Notes under the pieces: model-generated
Databases searched by the model: none
Seen by the model: only the letters and a program-made list of their open reading frames with translations
Told to the model about the DNA's origin: nothing
From: Blepharisma stoltei ATCC 30299
Lineage: Eukaryota; Protista; Ciliophora
Direction: 5' to 3'
DNA length: 64,000 nucleotides
Assembly (NCBI GenBank): GCA_965603825.1
Contig: CBFDEM010000030.1
Span: 186,001-250,000 of the forward strand
Shown here: positions 58,628-64,000 of the stretch, piece after piece
How positions within the stretch are numbered: the first letter of the stretch is position 1
How the letters are laid out: every line of letters starts with the position of its first letter
Position numbers and translations under genes: made by a program

Positions 58628-61075
58628 TTATAAATACTGCAAGAACTCTTTTTTGATGATTTTCCACCAAGTAAGAGAAGCCTTGTTATTGAGACCTTTG
58701 TGGTTTTCTACATGTCTGACAATTCGGTCAGCCCAGATTGAGTCATCATTTTGTACAGTTTCTGAAATCGTCGCATAGTCTGAGAAGATGTAGTCTTCAA
58801 CATTTTCGTCTTCAAAGTCTTTAGTGTCGCCTAAGAATTCGTCAATGCTCGATTCTGTTAGCATTAGGCACTCAATGGCCAAGTCTATGAATTTGTCAAG
58901 AGGGATTACTTCTTCCTCTCTTGGGAGTTTCACTATTAAATGTTTCAAAATTTGCGTATCTTCACCTTCATTGTGGATAAGTTGGAATTTATTAGGATTT
59001 ACAGAGGAAACTAGGATTTTTACTTCTTCTTTGGTTAAGAAAAACCTGTCATCTTTTACGGTGATTGTTTGGTGCAAAAAGTTGACCATGTTGAAAATGT
59101 TTCATCTGATAGCTTCAAACTCATCGAGGATATATGAATACATAATTTCAACATCGACCAGCCCTTCGGGATTTATATGTTTCGGGTCTTGAATGCTTGA
59201 CTGTTTTAAAACTTTTTCAATTTCAGCTAATTTCTCTTGCTGGACAAATTCACTCATAATTGCCACAATACAGCCTATGCATCTAGCTGTGGGGTAAAGT
59301 TGTGTGACTGAGGCTTCTTGATTTTGGGGCATTTTTCCTATGTCTGATTTCTTCATAAAATCAAAAGCTTTTAAAAAGACTTTAAAAGAGTGAGATGAAT
59401 AATTCTTTTTTTCAATAAATTCTCCCATTCCAACAAGCCTCAGAAACGTGGTGATTCTATGACATTCATTATGCCTCACACAAGTAGCTAAAAATATTGA
59501 TAACTTTTCTTCAAAAGTAGCTACATCTTCTCCTTTTGAAAATTGATTATAAAGCAAATAATTAAATTCAGTAGGCAGATCAGAATTTTGTATCTCGTCG
59601 TTTGCTCTATAATATATAACGTTTAACGATTTTAGTATATGATCTTTCGTAAGTTTAGCAAGTTTCAGCAGCAATCTTTTAGGCTTTCGCTTTAATTTTT
59701 TGTAAAAAACTTTATAAGGCATAGAGTCTTCTCTTGGAGACTCAGAAAAAGTGATTTGATCTTCATCTCCAAACGAAGTGACTGATCTTTTTCGTTGGCT
59801 TACTGGAGTTTTTCGACTAGTATTACTGTCATAGCTAGTTTCAAGTGCAAAAGGATTAATGGGAGCTTCAAGTCTGGTAATCCCTTTATTTGACTTATCA
59901 GAGCACCCAGCACTTGATTCTCTCGATCCCACTGGTGAGCCTCTAGACTGCAATACCAAGCTTTGGATTCTTCTTCCTGGAGCATTTCTATCAGTATTTG
60001 GACTCCCAGTTACTGAAATCTGAGGTATAAAATTGGCTTCAAGTCCTCTCGTTTCCAAAATTCTCTGCAAGTCCTGAATTTTCTTCAAGTATTTTTCTTC
60101 ATTTCTCTCCAGTACTTTTTTCTCAGCCAAAACAATATCATATTTCATCTGGATTTGTGAAACATTTTTTTCTGCTTCAAATTTCAGAGCATTGATTTCA
60201 TTAAGAAAATCCTCTTGCTGCTCTCTTAATTCTGCTTTATATCTTTCAATAGTGCAGTCCCAGATTTCTGCATAAGAAGCCATCATATTTTTCAGCAGCT
60301 CTCCTCTTTCTGTGCATTGGACTCCAACCTGTCTTATCATTTCTTTCATCCCAACGATAAGGATTGCTTTGCATTCTTTTATTTTTTCGTCTTTTTCGTC
60401 AATTCTGATTTTCAAATTCTGCCTAAGCTTGTCTAGATATTTATTCTTCATAAATTCGTACCAAGATGCTAAATTTACCACATCTTGTCGGCCAGTTGTG
60501 CCAATTATTGCGGCACCATCATAGTTTTCTAGGGATTTTGCAAGTGACAGTCCAAGTGCGTGCTGTTTTGGGTCAATATCATCCAGTTCGCCTATAAGTT
60601 TAGAAGAGGCTTGATTCAGGGATTCTTTTGAAAGAGAATTTTCTAGTATTCTGAACCTGTTTGAAGGACTTTTTATCTGTGGAAGAAAATGAGCTGAATA
60701 GGCAGTATTTATAATTTGATCTATATCTTTCGGCAAGTTTGATGTATTTCTTGTGGAAAGAAAACCATCTGAATTATATTTATCTGGGGAATTTGAATCG
60801 AGTTTATGTGCATCATGCAAATGAGATACGTCTCTTTCTGATTTCTGCAGCTTTCGTCGCAGCCTTTTGCTTTCTTGCTGGAGGAGGTTTTGAATGAGTT
60901 CTCGTTCTTCTCTGATTAAAGCTGGGAATGGTTCTATTTTATGATTTTTTTTTGAGGATGATTTAGCTGGCTTTGTTTCATTGGGGAGGCTTTTAGAAAT
61001 TAGCTTTGATATTGAGCTGGTTTTAAATTCAATGTGCTTTTGGACTGGGCTGCTAATGCATGCTTGCGATTCCAT
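58628..61075 (-). CDS. Protein with axonemal dynein light chain (p28/AXDND1-like) domain
   Basis: KEMIRQVGVQCTERGELL followed by coiled coil; TGA 59102=Trp joins the C-terminal ORF. Confidence 0.65.
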
Positions 61076-61317
61076 TTAAGGATAAACAAATTTCTAAGTA
61101 ATTTATAAAATATCTTTAATGGTTAAAGATATAACAGTTTTATTTTAAAATCGTATAAAAATGATTATTTTTCCACAAAAATGCTTTGTTTTAAAATTCT
61201 TATCCTGTGAAAGTCTATCAAGGGTTTATATTGACAGGGATATAGCTAATTCTTTAATTGGATTAATAGCATATTCAAATAAATACACAATTAAAATAGC
61301 ATTCTGCTAATAGAAAT

Positions 61318-61808
61318 ATGCAATTTGATGGAAATTATTGTTGCTATCCAATAACTGATAATCCTCTTCAATACAAGTCAAAGTGCCTTCACTCAACCAT
61401 TTAGGAGCCTTATTCTCTCCAAAAACTATCCATGTACGGCGCTAACATAAGTTCAGTTTTCCCCATGGAAGATTTACTCAACAGCAACTGAAACATTCTA
61501 GAGCGATAATAGAGTATCTGATGCAAGGAGAAGAGGAATTTTACTTCTTAAAATTCCAGGTGAAAGATACTCTTAGGCAGAGTACGCAGAGGGCTAAAGC
61601 TTAGGCAAGAAAATTTTTTCCAAGAGATTTTCTTTCCAGCAAGTGGCTCATAAATGGCCTTACAGCCTTATAAAAAGAGCTGGAAAAGAAATGTCCTAGA
61701 TTTAATCAGTTGTGGAAAAAGGCTCTGTCTATCTTACCTCTAGAAGAGAATGGCAAAGTAAATGCTGAGCAACTTATTAAATAAGCAAGAAAGCCACGAC
61801 TGAAATAG
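61318..61808 (+). pseudogene. Possible decayed coding sequence
   Basis: Higher-GC stretch. The frame from 61383 reads as protein-like for about 140 codons, with TAA/TAG at 61443, 61602, 61671 and 61782; ATG 61318 is out of frame with it. Confidence 0.35.
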
Positions 61809-62276
61809 GTAGCGCAGTAAGAATTATTCTGAAGAATATTAATAAACATGGTTCATAATTTTTTATAATTAATAAGAGCTCTTTTGTATCTATTCTAAAA
61901 TTATATCAGTGAAGTTTTAAACTAGTTATAAATTCGATTTAATAAAGACATTATAGCAAAGCTCTCAATTTTTATTTCAAATCTTTTCAGAATTTTGATT
62001 TTAGCTGTCTTGCACATGCTGAAAATTTCCATTTTCATTATATTAGTGAAGCTTCTATTACTTCCAGATAATTTTTCATAAATTGATTTTTTGAAAAGTT
62101 GATTTTCTCCTAGTCGCAAGTGTGACTTCTTAAGTAGCTTATGTTTTTGCTCATAAATGCTTTTAATAAAGCCATTGCATAATAAGCATTATTAAGCACA
62201 AATTTTATGATATAAGATAAATACGAAGGGGACAGTTGCAGTTAGACCTATTTACAAATTAATTTTTGTTTAATTA

Positions 62277-62691
62277 TTATTTAAGGCTTTCCTTCGAATA
62301 ATTTCTGTAAAATTCTCTGAATTTAATCAATCCTTGATACTGTTTATAGTTTTGCTTCATTGTCAAATATTCAGCATTTTTTCGTTTGCTTAGGCGATTC
62401 GCAGCTTGAATTATTCCAAAACATAGCAATACTGACAGAAAAGTCAAAACTCCTACTATCGCTAATTTATTTCTATAGAATAAATTATCATTCTCTACTT
62501 CAGAAGTCCTACTGCTTAATTGAATAAAATCTAATATAAAATATACTTGGCTGGTCCTTTACAAATGAGGCTTCATTATTTGTGGAATGAAAAGATGGAC
62601 TTATATTGCTTTCTATTGTGCGCTGAGAAGCTGCTTTTATAGCTGAACTGATAATTAAAAAACTCAAGATTAAGAGTGCGTGAGTTTTCAT
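62277..62691 (-). CDS. Small type I membrane protein, 132 aa; one 16-nt intron
   Basis: Signal peptide MKTHALLILSFLIISSA; removing intron 62531-62546 opens the frame through the TM segment AIVGVLTFLSVLLCFGII to TAA 62277. Confidence 0.75.
62531..62546 (-). other. 16-nt intron (GTATATTTTATATTAG)
   Basis: GT..AG with A at position 10; restores a stop-free 84-codon continuation. Confidence 0.78.
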
Positions 62692-62955
62692 ATTTATAAA
62701 AACGGATATTTACAGTTAGGAGGATAAACAATTAATTTTTAGGATAAACTTAAAGAACTCTTGTTAAAGATGTAGCTTTATAATTGGCTTAAATTATTTA
62801 TTTCTGATTTAAATGAAAAAGGGCTTAGCCTTTAAAAATAAAGAAATAGTTTTCATATCTATCAATTGAACTACTATTTTAAAGAGTTATTTTCAATTTT
62901 TCAGTTCTTGGATTTGATAAGGCTCTAATTCAAATATATAACTCAAATTATAAAT

Positions 62956-64000
62956 ATGGGGAAAAAAGAAGTCCGTGAAATCCCATGGAACCAAGTTAAA
63001 ATTGTTATTTTGATACTTTTTTCGACAAGTATAAATGCGGCAGTAATGACTAATTAGTTTACAATTCCGATTTCTGGATTTTTTATTCTTGAAACAAAAA
63101 CATCAGACGATTTAGAAGAAATTGGTTACTATTCTGGATTGCTAACTTTTGCATTTTGTTTCGGAAAACTTGTGGCGTGAAGATTTACTAACTGGGCAGC
63201 ACCTCAGTATGGCACCCACTGTATTGCTTCTTTTCTACTATTTTTTTCAGCTGTATTAACAATTTTATTTGGATTCTGCACCTCCCTTTTCATTGGGCTG
63301 ACAGTTCGATTTTTTGCAGGAATTTGCTCTACAACTCAGCTTCTCAGCAAAATTCTTTTAAGGCAGCTCTCTCAGTCCTGCATGGAAAAGTTTTATCAAG
63401 TTACTTATGTTTCCATTATAGTACAAACAATAGGAATCGGGATTGGAATTATAATCGGAGGGACAACTTCTTATATCACAATAGAAAATGATGCGAGAAT
63501 AAGTGAGTATATTAATCATCATCCTTTTCTTATCCCTAGTATTGTAACTGGGTTTATTGAATTTATTGTTTTTATTTTGGCTTCAACTCAGTTCGCGGAT
63601 AATCCTTTACCAGCTCAAAATCAGCAAAAGCCAAACCCTGTCACACAGCCTAAAAAAGAACAAAAGAATACAGGAAAATATGTAGAGCTTGAAGAAACAA
63701 AAAAGAATGAAGAAGCGAAAGATGAGGGTCCTATTACTGAAAGAAAAGAAAATCCTAATGAAGAGGAGGAAGAAGAAGAAGAGGAAGACCTGCCAAGCTA
63801 TTTGCAAGTTTCAGGAATCGACTTAATGCTTGCAAACTCAGAAGAGCCAAAATCCTCAAGTCGTCATGGTATTCATTATTTTTCTCCGAGAAACCCTGTA
63901 AAAAACACTGAGAATGGTAAATGGCCTATGAGTGCTCGAGGAGGAGAAGTTGGAAAAGTTTTCCATATTGATAATGAAGGTGGAGAATCAGCTAGAGAAA
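62956..64000 (+). CDS. MFS transporter (ZIFL1-like), 3'-partial; one 15-nt intron
   Basis: IGYYSGLLTFAFCFG, FGF..RFFAG and HPFLIPS; intron 63043-63057; TGA 63178=Trp; runs off the window. Missed by the ORF track. Confidence 0.8.
63043..63057 (+). other. 15-nt intron (GTAATGACTAATTAG)
   Basis: GT..AG with A at position 10; contains an in-frame TAG. Confidence 0.82.

Noticed and set aside
497-61075. Widespread pseudogenisation or selenoproteins suggested by the split ORFs
   Set aside because: The breaks are in-frame TGAs, many at conserved Trp (not Cys) positions, or tiny introns; the genes are intact under UGA=Trp.
61922-62119. 65-aa minus-strand ORF
   Set aside because: TTG start, an upstream in-frame stop with no ATG, and no motif.
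957-63807. Many short antisense or alternate-frame ORFs in the track (e.g. 9245-9718, 11175-11600, 41281-41871, 52310-54013, 63607-63807)
   Set aside because: They are shadows of well-supported genes and have no motifs of their own.
1-64000. tRNA/rRNA genes, telomeric repeats, transposases; UAG=Gln code (NCBI table 15)
   Set aside because: None recognised by eye; TAG terminates several genes at their expected C-termini.

Overview
AT-rich, gene-dense eukaryotic DNA, almost certainly a heterotrich ciliate macronuclear genome (Blepharisma-like). The supplied ORF track is systematically fragmented for two reasons. First, TGA is read as Trp while TAA and TAG are the true stops; TGA falls on invariant Trp sites such as DGNRRW, kinase D-x-W-S-x-G, WD40 'WD' and RING-CH 'CLxxW', and aligns with TGG in a paralog. 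Second, there are tiny 15-16 nt GT-AG introns (seven identified by eye). Correcting for both gives about 44 protein genes: two kinesins, four CDPK-like genes (two apparently pseudokinases), RPL13, HSP90, 14-3-3, a divergent H2A, cathepsin L, PIBF1/CEP90, HAUS6, WDR83, D2HGDH, a NOA1-like GTPase, a cis-prenyltransferase, a PDE, several transporters, tandem aquaporins and a 7TM-pseudokinase fusion. The most unusual observations are an RPL13 that stops about 60 aa early at a GTAAGT donor-like site, same-strand genes only 4-5 nt apart, a PDE with a probable AUA start (or an atypical 37-nt intron), a set of catalytically degenerate kinases, a perfect heat-shock element before HSP90, a 30-bp minisatellite and a stop-riddled relic ORF. 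I recognised no tRNA, rRNA, CRISPR, telomere or transposase. All family assignments come from motif recognition, not database searches.
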